64,000 bases of DNA from Mytilus trossulus (Eukaryota), in the NCBI RefSeq assembly GCF_036588685.1, contig NC_086379.1:36270001-36334000 (forward strand), in the 5' to 3' direction. The position numbers and the translations under genes are program-made. The first letter of the stretch is position 1. Every line of letters starts with the position of its first letter. Below, piece by piece: positions 11,401-26,400 of the stretch. Below the pieces are notes generated by a model. That model was not told the DNA's origin, did no database searches, and saw nothing but the letters and a program-made list of their open reading frames with translations.

Positions 11401-14400
11401 GTTATCCTTATATGTATTGTAATGAAGAAAATATTACATTGACAGAATTTTTGTAAATTTGATGTTTGTCTCAATTTTGTTGATTATTTTCTAGGAAAGT
11501 ATGGAAGTTGCTGAAGAAATTTCTGTTACTACCACAACAACTTCTGCTTCTAATTCTTTTACATCGGAAGCCGAGATTGATAGTCAGACTAAAGTGTCAA
11601 TAGAAAAAACTGAAGTGTCACAAACTACTACCACAACCAGTGTCAAAACAGTCACTTCTTCTAACACTGTCATATCAACAAGTTCTAGTGATACTAAATC
11701 AGACTCAGCAACATCATCAAATGGCGCAAAAATCATAAAAATTACTCCTGAAATGTCTGTGGAAATCTTCAAAAACGCAACTGCTAATTCATCAGGGAAA
11801 GTAAGTGATTCTGCAGAAAAATCTGAACCAACAGGGGATAAAAAAGAGGAAAATAAAACAATTATGAATGTACAATCTCTTATACCTAATGTAAAATCTA
11901 CGATTCTAAAAGTTCAGGATGATTCTAGCACGCCACAGAAACAGACTATAAAACCAACAATATTCAAAGTTCAAGATGATTCTAGTTCTGCTCAGAAACA
12001 GACAAGGACAGTGCTAATTGTAAATAGGGACGGTAACAAAGTGACGTTAGCCGTCAGTAAACAGCCAATCACTGCTGGCGATCAGAATACTCCTACTACA
12101 GCCATGTCTCTATCTCAGTCTATAAGTAATGCTCTCACATCTGTAACATCATCAGGTAATATACACTGTATATGCTGTATTATATAAACATAATTATTTG
12201 AATTGGAATAATGTAAACAAACTTTTTTTTGCAGATCATACATTTTTTACTTTTTTTGTTGGTAAAAATATAAAAAAAGATGTGCTATGAGTTCCAACAA
12301 GACAACCCTCCACAAGAGACCAAATGACACAAAAATCACATTAAAAGGTCACTTTATGTCCTTTTTAACTGACTTAACTGCAGTTTAATTTTCTAGTTTT
12401 TTACATGAATTTTAATAAAAGAACATTTAGATTTTACAAATTCACAAAAATTCTCTAATCTTGAAAAAAAATTGCTTATAAATTAAGCTGGTTTACACAG
12501 GTAGAGGTCTGTTTTTTTTATCCTTTCTGTTTATTCAATACATTTGGCTTCCAAATTGAAACCACAGGAAGTTTATGATATAAAGAATTAAATGCACTTA
12601 TAAATTAATCTCTGAAACTGAAACATGAAGTTATTGTTTCTTCGTAAATATAAGTAATACATTTTTGTTTTAATCTCATTTTCAGAAGGTAGAAAAATTA
12701 TCACCAGGTCAAAGACTGGATCATTAACACCTAAAACATTTACAGATTCTGTTACATCAACTACAACTTCTAAATCTATCAGTAAATCAGGCTCTGATGA
12801 TCTGTTGGTCATCAATAAAGACGGCGACATAACCAGGATAACACATAGTAAAAGTTCAGTATGGTCATTGCAATCTCATCAGTACTTCAAATTAGGTAAG
12901 ATTATGTATGGTAGTTCAAATTAGTTATGATTTCTGTTACTGCAGAATTTAGGCCTAAAATAAAATATTGTTTGTTTCCCCAATCCCGACCGACCCTGCA
13001 AAAACAGTGCTACTCATAAAATTTTATTGTCAAAACTAAGTCAAATATTATTTTATTCATTTCCAATTTCCGAGCTTGCCAGATTGTATGATATTGTTCA
13101 AGCTTTTTGGAAAAATAAAATTATTTCTCTACTTACCTACCCACACTGTGGCTTGGCAGGGTCGGTTTGGGGAAACAAACAATATATTTATTTAGGCCTT
13201 AAGAATGAGTGTTATTATTTATCTAAAATTCTTTTGATCAGAAAAAAAGTCCATAAAATATATTTACTGTTTGCAAGATTTTGGGTATTCCTTGAGCCTA
13301 TTTCGGAAAAGCTACAAGGTAGAAGTATAAAAAGGAAACAGAAAGAAATGAGGAAATGTAACATTTGTGTAAAGTAAGGGAGAACACAACCTCCATGGTT
13401 TTAATACATTAATTGTTCTTATATGATTTTCAGAAGTATTTCAATGTTTGTGTTACATCTAACCATAATCTCTATATAGTTATTGTATAGCTATTATTTA
13501 CATGTATAAGTATTTTTCCATTTCAGGCATGGAATGTAGTTTCAAGAACTATTCAAACCAATATTCAACCAGTACCCTTGCACTGAACAAACATCAACAT
13601 AATGAAGAAAGAGACAAAAAACGATTTCTATCTCACAAGTTTAGTCTAACACCTTTAAGTGAATTCAAATGGGGTGGATCTTGCAACGGTAGAAAAACTG
13701 TAGTACTACAGACATTAGTGACGACAATTACAAACTTAGAATCTAATCTTCCATCTGCTTTATTACATCCTAACTGGCCACTTCATCGGCAGAGTTGGGC
13801 TAACGCTGTACAATTATGTCGAACTCCTAGTGATTTTGGTCTTGCACTTTCCATATTGGAAAGTTGTATGAAGCCAGTTGTATTCAATCCAGTATGGACA
13901 GAAGCCTTAGGTAAGTGTTGTTTCTTTAAAAATAAGAAAAATACTATGGGAACCACTATTCTTAAATTGCGGATCTGTTTTTGATGATATTTGATTATTC
14001 AAAATTATGCATACAAATGTAATGGACATTTGTCCTTTAATTGAACAATAAACTTGTGGTTCATCTTTACCTACAAAATCCACAAATGAATTCTGTAGTC
14101 TTGCAAGTTGCATTTAAAACAATGATAGTATGAAAATTTAAGCAGGCAATAGTTATTACATGTATAAATACACTGGAAAGTAAAAAAAATTTTATAATTG
14201 TAAGACTTCTATTTTAGTGTGCCTGCAAGAATGGGTAGCTATCTCATCGACTTCTTTTTTTCTCATGTAGAATTAGAGACTCGACATTGCTCAACATGCT
14301 CTATTAATTCTGAGTTTTTATCATATTTTGTGTATTTTCTATTGTCACTAGAGAAGAGATTGGCTTTGTAATTGCATCTGTATAACTATTTTTACATGTT

Positions 14401-17400
14401 TTAGGACATTCAAAACTGATGAAAATTACTGCTACTGATAGGGAAGAGCTGAAGAAAAAAGAAAAGGAAATCAGGAAACGAAAAGAGGAGGAGGAAGATG
14501 CTAGACCCTTAGTTTGGATTAAATATACTTTAGGTTTAAAGCATCAGGTAAAACGAGTGAATGTTTACATAGTAAAGTACATTATTTATAAGATGTTCTC
14601 TATAGATATCATATAAGAAGATATGGTATGAGTGCCAATGAGACATCTCTCCATCCAAGTCACAATTTTTACCCAGAATTCTTAAAAATGATTTTATTAT
14701 CCCTCAAATATAAACAATCACTCTCTTTTCATTTAGATATAAATTGTCTCCATCGTCAAACAGATTTAGAATGTACTTTGAAATAATAACAAGTTTCTAA
14801 ATCTTACTTTACGCATGGAGAACGAAGTTTGAATATCCCATATTGTATGTGGATTATAATGCTTCCTTCAGTTGCAGCTTTTAGTTGAATATAAATAAAT
14901 GCAATATGTATGTTGTGCATCAATTGCAAGCTATTCATTATACATACTGGTATGAAACATGAATTATATATATATAATAACATTCATTTATGTTTTTGGT
15001 TCACTATTCACGTCTTCATGATGGTAGATTTCTTTAGACTTTTTTGAATTTACAATAAATAACCTATTGAATTATACCATTTTGAATAGGTTTGGAAGCA
15101 GAAAGGTGAAGAATATAGAGTAACAGGGGGGCAGGGATGGTGTTGGAGAAGTAAAACTAGATCTTACAAGTATGTACCACAGGAGACTGTCGGACTTAGA
15201 TCTGTGGCAAAGAAACTGCAAGCTAGAAAACGCAAGAGTGAAAAAGATGGGGAAAGTGTTTCAAACCCTGATGATCAATCAGTATCAGTCAAAACTGAAG
15301 TTAAAAAAGAGGAAGTTGAGGTAAAAACTGAAGTGAAGGAAGAAAATATGGAAGTTGATAAAGAACAGACGGAGATTGTGGTGAAAAGTGAAAGTCCGAA
15401 AGTAGAAAGTCCTGGTAGTCAGGAAATTAAAACAGAAATAAAAACAGAGCCACCTTCTGTTGTGGAATCTCAAGATGGTGAAATATCTGGTGTCGAAAAC
15501 TCAGGGAATGATAGTGGTGAAATGTGCAATACTGATGAACAAAAAGTAGAAACGATGAAATGTGACACAGGTGAAGGTAATCAAGTGAAAGAAGAAATAG
15601 ATGTAGACATAAAAAGTAGTCCGATAAAAAACGAAAAAGATATTGACATTGAAAGCAATAGTCCAGTTAAGAAATTAGATGTTGAAAATGGCAGCCCAGT
15701 TAAAAAATCTGAATTGGATGTTATACTTGTAGCTCCAAAAAAGCATAGGAGTGAGTTTAACATGGTTAAAAAAATGGAGATTGAAACCGTAGAGGAGAAT
15801 GACGAGAAAAAGGTTATTAGTGTCGGTAATAAGAATCATACCGTAACAATCAATGTGGCAGCAAGTAAATTACGACCACCTATTTTACATATAGACACTC
15901 TAGATGTTAGCAAAGCTCTAAATGAACGATCTTTTTACGACAAAATAACAAAACCTTATGCAAAACTTGACATGCTGCTTGCTAAGAGAACCAAACAGGA
16001 TGAAATTGAAACAAAACAAAGGCAAGCATTACAGCAACAGATTAATTGGAAATTGAAAAGTGAGTTGAGTCCTGGTGCAAAGGAGGATGAAAATGAGGCT
16101 GAAAACAAGGAAAAAACCGATACTGACGAGTCGGACCATGACATATCATTACATCATGATGAATCTTCACCATATACATGTTATTCCTATTTATGTCGTG
16201 GACAAGGGAAAAGTATGTGTTACTCTCCTCTCTGTATTCATAATAGGTCTCTTGAGGAAGAGTTAACAACAGGTTTGGAAGACAGTACCCACAAAATGGA
16301 AGAAGATGAAGATGTGGATGTTGAGGGAGATAAAGATGAAAAAAAGGACGAAGACAGGGGAAAGGATGGAAATAAAAATGAGGACAAAATGGATGTTGAT
16401 GTCATATCTACAGAGGATGGTAAGACCGAGGTTAAAATGGAAGTGGAAGTTGGAGAAGAAAAGACCAATTTGAATTCTTCAAATGGGGAAAAGAAGGACG
16501 TCCCGTCTGAATCTAAAACTGTAAAGCCAATTGTTGATTCAAAAAAGGAAGATGTGAAACAAAAAACTGGTGTGAATAGTAGTATTCCACCACTCTTGCA
16601 AAATAAAAAGAATCAGGGGTTCTTTACGGGTGCACAGCTAGCACTTAAACAAGCAATAGAAAAAATGAGTATAGATGAACTCAGAACTAAAATGCCTCCA
16701 GTGAGGAGCACAAAACATGAAATAAAGTTAATAAAATATTCTAGATTTGGACAAAAGGTGAATAAAAAGAAAGCCAATTTACCTCAATGTCATAAATATC
16801 TAACTCCCAGTGGCAAAAAGACTATGTTTGCTTTAGAGAAGCATGATCTCAGAAAGTTAGCCAGAAAAGCTGGCAAAACAGAGACAAAAGCATTCAACTA
16901 CAATTGCAAAATGAACAATGTGAACTGGATTTATCCATGTCCTCGACCAGTTTTTAAAACTGCTTGGAAATACCGGACACAAACGGTAAAAACATTTGGA
17001 TCTGTTGCATTACAGTTACGTATTATGTATGTGTGTCTGCGATGGGATGATATCTCCATAAAACCTCCAGTAGGAGGTACTAACACTGTGTCGACTGAGA
17101 GTGAAATTACAACTACTGAACTTCTCAAGCGTAGAGATGTAGGGCCTCATATGCTCAGATCTGAATTTCTAGTCAGGAAAATTGTAGTGCCTTTAGGAAT
17201 TACCTCTCAACCAAAAGGTGAGTAAATGTTTTTTTTAGGAATTGATAAGAGTATGTTACCACAGCTTACAAGCATGACAAGTGGAAAATCGATTGTTCGA
17301 CAAATTATGCCATGTAGAAAAATCATCTAGTTTGCAGATACTGCTGCATCAGCAAAAAATAGGCAGATGGCTTGTACTTGATGAACATTGTTGATAAAAG

Positions 17401-20400
17401 TGTGAAATAAAATGGCTTTTTAATTTGAATGCCTTTTAGAATATTTGAAGTGTCTAGCTTTGACAAAGAAAGTGCATGTTTATGAGACTTGTGGACAGAC
17501 AGAAAAAAAATTACATGGCCTTTTAGACATGATACATTTTCATAACTGTTTCAAATGCACTATTTTGATAATAGAATTGTGTGTAGAAATATTAAATTCA
17601 AGTTTATCTTATATCATGTTTATTAAAAAATAAATTCAAAAATCAACTTTATTCAATTGAGTGTTACAAATTCAAAGCACTGTTGTAAACTTGTAATTGA
17701 AAATAGATTGTTATTTGAGTTTGATTTTGAATGTATTTCAGTTGCCATTGATTTAAACTGTAGGATTCATATGCATATAACATAAAGTGAAAATTTTTAA
17801 AATTACTTATTTACAGAAAAATACACACCTCAGAGAAGTGGGTTGAGAGAAAGAAAGAGGGCTGAATCTCCAAAACATACTGAACCTAGTGTTACTGAAG
17901 TCTGGACACCAGAAGAGGAACTGGAAATCTGGGAAATCAAACAGTTTGGTGAAAAGTAAGAACAATGCCATACTAAAACCAATTATTACGTCTTTTCTAT
18001 AGCATGCAAAACAAAACTTTGATCCACTTGCTTGCTATGTTTGCTTCAATGTTTGCAAACAATAGGCAGGTGGAGCTTCAGTCTTTTTAATTAGACAATC
18101 AAAAATTATATACAATGCATAAATTAACCTTGAAATGAAGTTAATGTTAATTATTCAATCAAATTCCTACCTATTGTTTACAAACATCCAAAAACATAGC
18201 AAGCAAGTTGATCAAAGGTTTGCTTTGCACATGCTACAGACTATTTTGTGTGTGTTCTTATTAGCTATGTTTGTGAGTAAAAGATAAAAGTTCTTTCAAT
18301 TCCCTCCTCTTTTCTTTAATAGTCCCTGCATATCTAACATTGTCTAAGCGAGACATGAAAATATGAAGAAACAAGAAGATTTTATGAATATAAAATAAAA
18401 GAGTATGATTGCCAATGAGACAACTCCACCAGAGACAAAATGGTGTTGAAAATAAAATCTACAGGTTACTATATAGCCTTCAACCATGAGCAAAACCTAT
18501 TAGTAAAAGACAGCTATTAACAAATGATTAAAGGCCCAAAATGTCAAATGTATAACAATTTAAACGAGAATATTTACGGCCTGATTTACAACATGAACAA
18601 ACAAAACAATGATTGAAAACAGATTTTGCATGTTCCACAGATTTCATAGAATTTCTTTTATTGAATATTTCAAATAAATCTTATTTCATTCTTGCATATA
18701 TAGCCTAACATCCCTTTAAGAACAAAAATTAATATACCACAAGTTATTCATACAAACAATGACTGTATTGATACCTTGATTTCATAGAATTTAAATAATA
18801 CCTAATTTTCCAGACTTGCCAAACAAAGAGCTGCCCTAACAGAGAAAGTAAATATAGAACAAGCAAACCAGACAGCAGTCAATGCGGCACAGCTCAAAGC
18901 CACGTTAGAAGTTCAACTCAAAGCACAGCGGCTAGCATTACAGCAGAAACGACTGTTAGAAGCTCAGGGTAAAACAGCCGACTCTGTTTCCACTACACAA
19001 TCCATCATCACAGCTACATTGTCCAGTTCTGGGGGAGGTACCATCATCAAAACCATTGGTACTACCACAGGATCTCTCATTGGTACTGGTCCAACTAGTA
19101 TCCTGAAGAATGTTCAAGTCCAACCAAAGTCACTTCTGTCACCATCAGGTAAGGTTGTTTATACTAGGAAGCTGGAAACAAAATTATTATTAATTTAAGG
19201 TGGTACCCAACACTTACACTAAAATTAATTTGGCTCGTTTAATTTTTATAAAGTTTTAACAAAGTATTTACCTTGACCCTTTAACAAAAATATAAAAAAT
19301 TTGAAAATTTTGAACCAACCATTTTATCAGAAAAATTAATACACTGGTTATATAGCAGTTTGACAAACACCAATTTTGATCACTGAGAAGCTTATTATTC
19401 CCTATACAACACAACGTAATTAAAACGTTTAGCTGACTTTACAGAGTTATCTCCCTGTAGTGTAAGGTACCACCTTAAGATTTGTTTTGTTCCAACAATT
19501 CTATAAACTAAAATAGTAGAGAAAGTATTACTTCTCTGTATAGGTTAAAATCTTGTTGGTTATATCTATCAACAAACTTGATTAAATGAGAATCCCAAAG
19601 AAAATGTCTGCTTTTATGTGGTATATTGTAAAAGATAAAAATGGTAGTTCTTTGTCCTTCAAATGGAATAAATTATTATTTTTGTTTATTTGTTTTGTAA
19701 AAAACATATTTACCTTGTTCATTTGATTTTCAATCTATTGTTTTTCTTCTGTATAACAGTGACATCAGCAATATCCTCAACCACTCCTAACCAGCTGGTT
19801 AAGGTTCAGTTACCAAAAACCACCATACAAATACAACCAACTACTAGGCTGGCATTAGCTCCTAAACCAGGGATGGTGGCCACCACAAACACAACCAGTA
19901 CCATGCCCACTAGGATAGTCATACCAGGGAATACAGCAACTGCTGCTACTTCTGCGCCAAAGTGTGAGTTACAGTACATCGGTTTATTTTCAACTATGAT
20001 TTTGTTTGCCATTGGCTCGTATATATGGAAAGTAAAATCTTAGAAGTGTTCATTATTGACAATTCATAACCTTGAACTATGTATTTTAAATGAATATTTT
20101 GAACAGGGTAAATTTTGCAGTAAATTGTTGACCACCAAAATTATAGATATACTGTAGTTGCAACACTACACCTTGTTCCATGGATGATTTGGTTATTACT
20201 CATGGAAGCATTGAATTCTTTTGTAATTTCTTTGGTATTTACAAATGTTGATTAATTTACCTTTGTACTAATCTATGCACATATTGCATAAGGATTCAAT
20301 ACAGTTAAATACATTTGCAACATTCATTGGTTGAATTATTTTTTTTTCAATTATTAAAGATTGTTCTTCTGATAACAATGGATAACTTTTAAAGAATGTT

Positions 20401-23400
20401 TGCCTACCAAAAAAAAGCAGATTCAACTTCTATGTTGAGTGACATATAGATTCCTACACTGCAACAAATGTATTACGATATTTCTCCACTCAAGACAGTT
20501 AAATTTTATTATTTAAAGCGCGAGGCTTGCCGAGCACTTTAAATAACTAAAATTTAACTGTTGAGAGTGGAGAAATATCGTAATACACGAGTTATAGTGT
20601 CGGAATCTGTTTCCCTAATGATTTTTATCCTTCTTTTTCAAAGATTTTCAGAAACTTGTGTTCTTTATACGCGACGTCATCAGGCATTACTGCCTATTTT
20701 CATGGCGTCACAATAGGAAAATTTAGAAGAAAACAAAACAACTAGACGTCATAATCAAATTTCGACTAATCATTTGCCAAGAACAGATTTTTCACTAGTG
20801 AGGAGAAATATTTTTCTCACACCAGTCAGGAAATGTGAAAATAGCACAAAAATTATGAAATAGTTTTCTCTTCTATATTTATAGATTATTGTTGATTATC
20901 TCAACGAGATTGATTTTCTCGCTTGAGCTGGTACAGCGAAAGTGAGAAAAGCAATCGAGTTGAGATGACCAATGATAATCTATTTATCGCTATTTTACCT
21001 ATGACGACGTTGTCAATTTCAATGTCAATTTCCTTAGCAACGCCACATGGCTTCCTTAGTTTCTAGCGATAATTTTTCCATCTCAAGCGAGAAGCATGAT
21101 ATGAAAATTATCACAAAAAAAAGATCAAAGGAAAAATGCACAAAATAGCGATAAAACTTTTTATTATTGATCATGTTGATTTAATTCCTTGATGATAACA
21201 TATATTTCATATTCTCATCATAGATTGAAGTTATCTCCCTGCAGATATTATTTTAAACATTGTGTTTCTATTTACAGTAGCTGTCAATACAGTCAGACCA
21301 GCTAATGCAAACCCAAGCAACCCTGGAGGCCAGGTCCAAAATCTCCAAATAATACAAGGACCATCTGGACAATTACAAGTCAGAGGTCTATTACCAGGTA
21401 ATGAATTATCTTTTGTTAATCTCTTCTTCAAGCATTTATGTTTATACCCTTCCTAGGGGAATTATGTTTTTCAGTTTGTTTGTTCAGTCATTCATTCATC
21501 CGTCTGTTCCCTATGATATGATCTTTCCAATTTTAATACCAAATTAGAGATTTTCCTCCATTTTCACAGTCCACTGAACATAGAAAATGATAGTGTGGAT
21601 AGGGCATCCATGTACTGGGGACACATTCTTTTGTCATCATATACACTAATGTACCAAAAATCAGGTCAAGATCTAATCAATCTTCTTTTCAATATGATTT
21701 TAAAGTTGATGACCACTAAAGTAATAATACATGTATTTATGATTATTACAGGGCAGCAAATCATCAGGTTACCAGATGGAAGATTGCAATTGCTCACAAT
21801 GCCAAACCAGCAAGCCACACAGGCCACCACTCAAGCATCAGTTGTGCCACAGGTAGCTGTACAGAAACAAACTTCTATACTAGTCAATTCTCAATCATCA
21901 ACATCCATACCTACAGCAGTAGGATCAACTCCACAGCTTGTCATCACATCAAACCAACAAACCCTTACATCACCTTCTAGAGTCCTCATACCTAGCCAAC
22001 TACAGTCTAATGTCTCAGGGGCAGGTGGTGTTGTTTTAGCTAAACCCATGACAGTAGCTGGAACACAGCTCAGACAACCTGGTCAAGTTACAATAGTATC
22101 TCAGGCAGCAACCCCCGGTCAGATTGGTCTGACTGGTTCCCCAATGAAAACTATAACAGTAGCTAGACCAGCCACAGCTTCAGCTAGCATAGCAAAGATT
22201 GGTGGTCAACCAGTTATCATTTCTCAGTCTGGTGGAAGTTCTGCTCTTTCTGTAGCTAGCGCTTCGTCTCTGACAAATGCAGCCTCATCAGCCATTAGAC
22301 AGGTGATCATGACAACACCACAGAACACACCTGTTAAGGTATCACCAGCACCAGGAACTGTTATAAATGCCAATACAGCAGCAGCATTACTTCAGGTAAA
22401 ACATAGCAACAAAATAGTTGTATTTACCAGAAATCTTTTTTTTGTCATGAAAAAATTCATATGCAACAATGTAGAGTATATCTGTATAATTAAAATAAAA
22501 TGAGCTTTTGGGTAATGTCAATTAGGCAGCAATCAAATTAAACAAACAAACCAAATGACATCTTAAATTCAATGTCTTCAGCATAGAAAATAACTGCACG
22601 AATACATGTGTTCACCTAATTACTACATTGATATCTTTTGATATCCACAATCGTGATGGAGATCAATGTAAAAGAAAAAAATATGTAAACACATGGACAC
22701 ACATATACACAGCATTGATATCTTTGAATACTCCTAATATTGAAGCAAATTGTTTTAAAGAAATTTAGTGCACAAATGAATGTGTTCACCTACACACTAC
22801 ATTAATGTCTGAATAATCATGATTTTGAATCATTATGGTTATAGAAAATTAACTGCACAAATGCATGTGTTCATTTGTACACAGCTTTGATATCTTTGAA
22901 CTTTGAACTTATAGGCTAGACAGCTCCAGATTAGGCAGCAACAAGTCCTACAGCAGGTTCAACCACAACAGGTAGTACAGACCGCCCAACAGAATGTGAC
23001 ATCACTGTTGGCACAACAACCTAGACCAGCATTACCTGTGTCGGCTGCTGGTAATACTAAATATGCTGTCACTCCACAAGTTGTCCAACAAGGTATGGTT
23101 CTATTTACAGATAAGGCCAGGATTTTTTAATTTGTTGGTTTACGGATCCGCCGACCCGATTTTGCCGATATCCAAAATAAAAATAAAATTGACTTTTCAT
23201 GCTTTTTTATTCCCGCCGACCCTAACAAATGCATTATCCTTGAAAAAAATTAAAATATCCTTTTTTTATGAAAGGAAATGCATAAATCACTTACAGAAGT
23301 GATGACACTTTCTGTTGTGAAAAAATGAAACTTTCAGTTTACGTTTCTAAAAATAGACAAATCAATTATTAATGACCTTGAAATGTTGTTTGCGCAAATA

Positions 23401-26400
23401 ATTTTGCGGAACGAAACCCGTGTTTAAAACCAGTTACACAATAAGTTCGTTTCCTTTATTTGTCACCAGTCCGTAAGATGCCTGTTCTCATAGAAATAGA
23501 CCTTTCCTAATGTGGACAGGTGGAAGTTCAAGACATCGAGTTAAAGTACTGAATTTTAACAAATCATTTGAAATTTTCTTGTTTTCATAGATAATAAAAA
23601 AATATGGTCCATTTGGATATAAAACGGGAATGCATGACAACTATTATTTAACCCGATATTCTCGTTTTTCCAGTGGACGAGTCTATTACGTTTTTGACAC
23701 GTGTGTTGAAACTTATTTTGGTACAACGTTTTTACATTTTTGTCTTTATCAGTTTTCGTGCTAATTATCATTGACCAATTTTTAATCAAGAGCTACCGAC
23801 ACGAATCTCTTTTTCTTGTCTTTGAAATGACGATTTAATTTCGTCTTTGTTCTTGCACCCCTTTTTACGGGAAATTATTAGACAATGTCATGCGATGTTT
23901 ATTACAGCTGAGAAATACTATTTCTTTGAACTAAAATTTAAGAATGATGACAAAATATTATGACAAACATATTATTAGAAAGGTGAAATATATATTTTTA
24001 TTTTGCATATCAGTTTTATGTCTTGAAAAATCTTTTTTTTTTCTTTTTTTTTCCGACCGACCGATCCGACTTTTTCATGGCGAAAATCCGTAAACCAACA
24101 AATTAAAAAACCGTGGCCTAAGTTATGTGATATATATATATAAAATATAAACATGTTTTAATGACTCACTGTCATGACTGTCAAATTGAACTAGAATATA
24201 ATTAAATTGTCCATGAAAATTGCATAATCACAAGTTCATTTAATAATTTTAACCATGATTTATTCCATCTAGTTATTTTGAATCATTTAATTTAACAGTT
24301 TGTTCTTAAAATCAGACAAAATATTTATGTTTACAAAAATACAGATGCAGAAAAGATGAGAATTTGTAAAATACAACCACTCACACAAACATTAGGCCGT
24401 TTTTATTTAATAAGTTGGTTTACGGACATCAGCCCAAAAAACTTAGGGTAGGAGGAGGGAAAAAAAATAAATTTAAACTAGATCTTTCCAGTTTTTTTTT
24501 TAATTGGTTTACGGATATCTGCAGGGCTCACACTTCTTCAGAATTATAGGGAGAAGTGACTTCTCTTTTTGAAACTGATAGGGAGAAGTGGTGAGATTTG
24601 AAAGAGAAGTGCTCATTTGTATGGTGCCCTACAATGTTTGGATTTTACTATAGTATAAAGGGTCATATGCAAATAATGTTCTTTTTATATTGTTCAATTC
24701 ATATCTGAGTATACAATTAAAGTAACATTTCAAATTAAAAGTTTACTTAGGTTCTTGTGTGAAACTTCCAACTAAATATTTAATATCTAGCACTAAATTG
24801 TTTTTTTTTTTTTTTTTTTTCATTTTGAAAAATGTAAAGAAATTATAATATATCAATTACAATTTAATTCAAAACTATCTTAAGTATGAAATTCAGTGTT
24901 TCTCATAAAAAAATATATAAGTTATTAACCTGGTCCATAATATATTGATATTAGCTAGTGTGATAGTCTCAGAGTTAAGCAACTTTAATCAAGTTTGAAA
25001 CAAATTCAATCCATAAAAAAATATAGGGAATTATAGACACCAATCAATTAGATGTAACTAAAAGTCTCTTAATGCATGTGACATACATAATTTTTCCCTT
25101 TGTGGTCAATATTCGTCTGTCAGCTGTTTCGTCTGTGCGTCCATAATAATTATTGTAAAAGTACGGATTTCGGTCTTAGCTGGTCCGTTTCAAATCCATA
25201 GTTTACAAATCGGTAAATGGCGGACGAATGCAAGAAAATTTACAAAAATAAACGATGTTTGACAAGTTATTTGGAAAGGAATATGACGTTTTTAATGCAA
25301 TAAATGGATTAAACATTTACTAAGAGGCAACTTTTATCACGTTTAAATGAAGTAACAAACTTATTTTGCCGTCGAAATTTAGGTTGATGTACGTTTTCGA
25401 GTGACAAGCACCGGAACTTGCAAAAATGTTCGAGGTGATGAGTTGTATTTTTTATCAAATAAACTGCTACACACTGCAAATACAATGCTTCAGCCTCTTT
25501 TCTTAAGATAATGAACCGTTTATGTCTTAATTTCTTAAATTATCAATAAAAAAATGATGTTTCATCAACTTGTTAAAAATTGAAAATGTCCGATGACGGA
25601 TGCGACTGGTATCGTCAAGAACAGGGCGACTTGTTTTCGCTTTTGGGTGTCAGGGAAAGCTAACCAGTCACGTTTCCAGTGCACTGGTTTACGATTTTTT
25701 AATGCAGTAATAGGAACCAGAATACGAAACGTAAACACAAAAATTCCGTTTAAAATTTTCTTAGTAAATCGATGAATATGAGGTCGGCGGAAATAATTTT
25801 TAAGGACAAATATGCGTTTATTTTTATTTGAATTAGCGAAAATTCGGGTCGGCGGATCCGTAAACCAACTTATTTAATAAAAACGGCCTTACAGCCAGAT
25901 TTTACAAGCTTTTCAGCAATTTAAATACATTGTGTACACTTGTAAAATCAACTTCATAGCTTGTATTTAGTTGACCAAATAAACTATAAATTAAAGTTAC
26001 AGGCTTTTTTTTATTTTTTAATAAAAACATGCAATAGCCATTGTTTGAGATTGAAAATTTGTACATGAAAATACTTTTCAGTTGTGAGACAAGCTCTTAT
26101 GCAGAACCAGACTCCTGAAATTCAAGCTAAACTACTTGCTATGCAACGTTCAATGGTAACAAAGCCACCCACTCCAACAATCACAACTATATCACAGCCA
26201 ATGGACGATGATATGGATGAGGATTCAATGTCTTCATTTGATAGTTCTGTTGAGGAATACAAACCCAAGTTTGGGAAACAACTAGAAGTTTCTAAAGACT
26301 CCAGAGAAGATCAAATGAGGTAAACATTTGTTACTATTGTTTTGATGAATTGTTTAAACATGCATAAATAGAGTAAATTATATTTATTAAAGTGAACAGG

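Noticed and set aside
15285-17128. Several antisense and alternative-frame ORFs over BPTF exon 10 (also over exon 1 and the transposase)
   Set aside because: Shadow ORFs expected from the codon bias of the real CDS.
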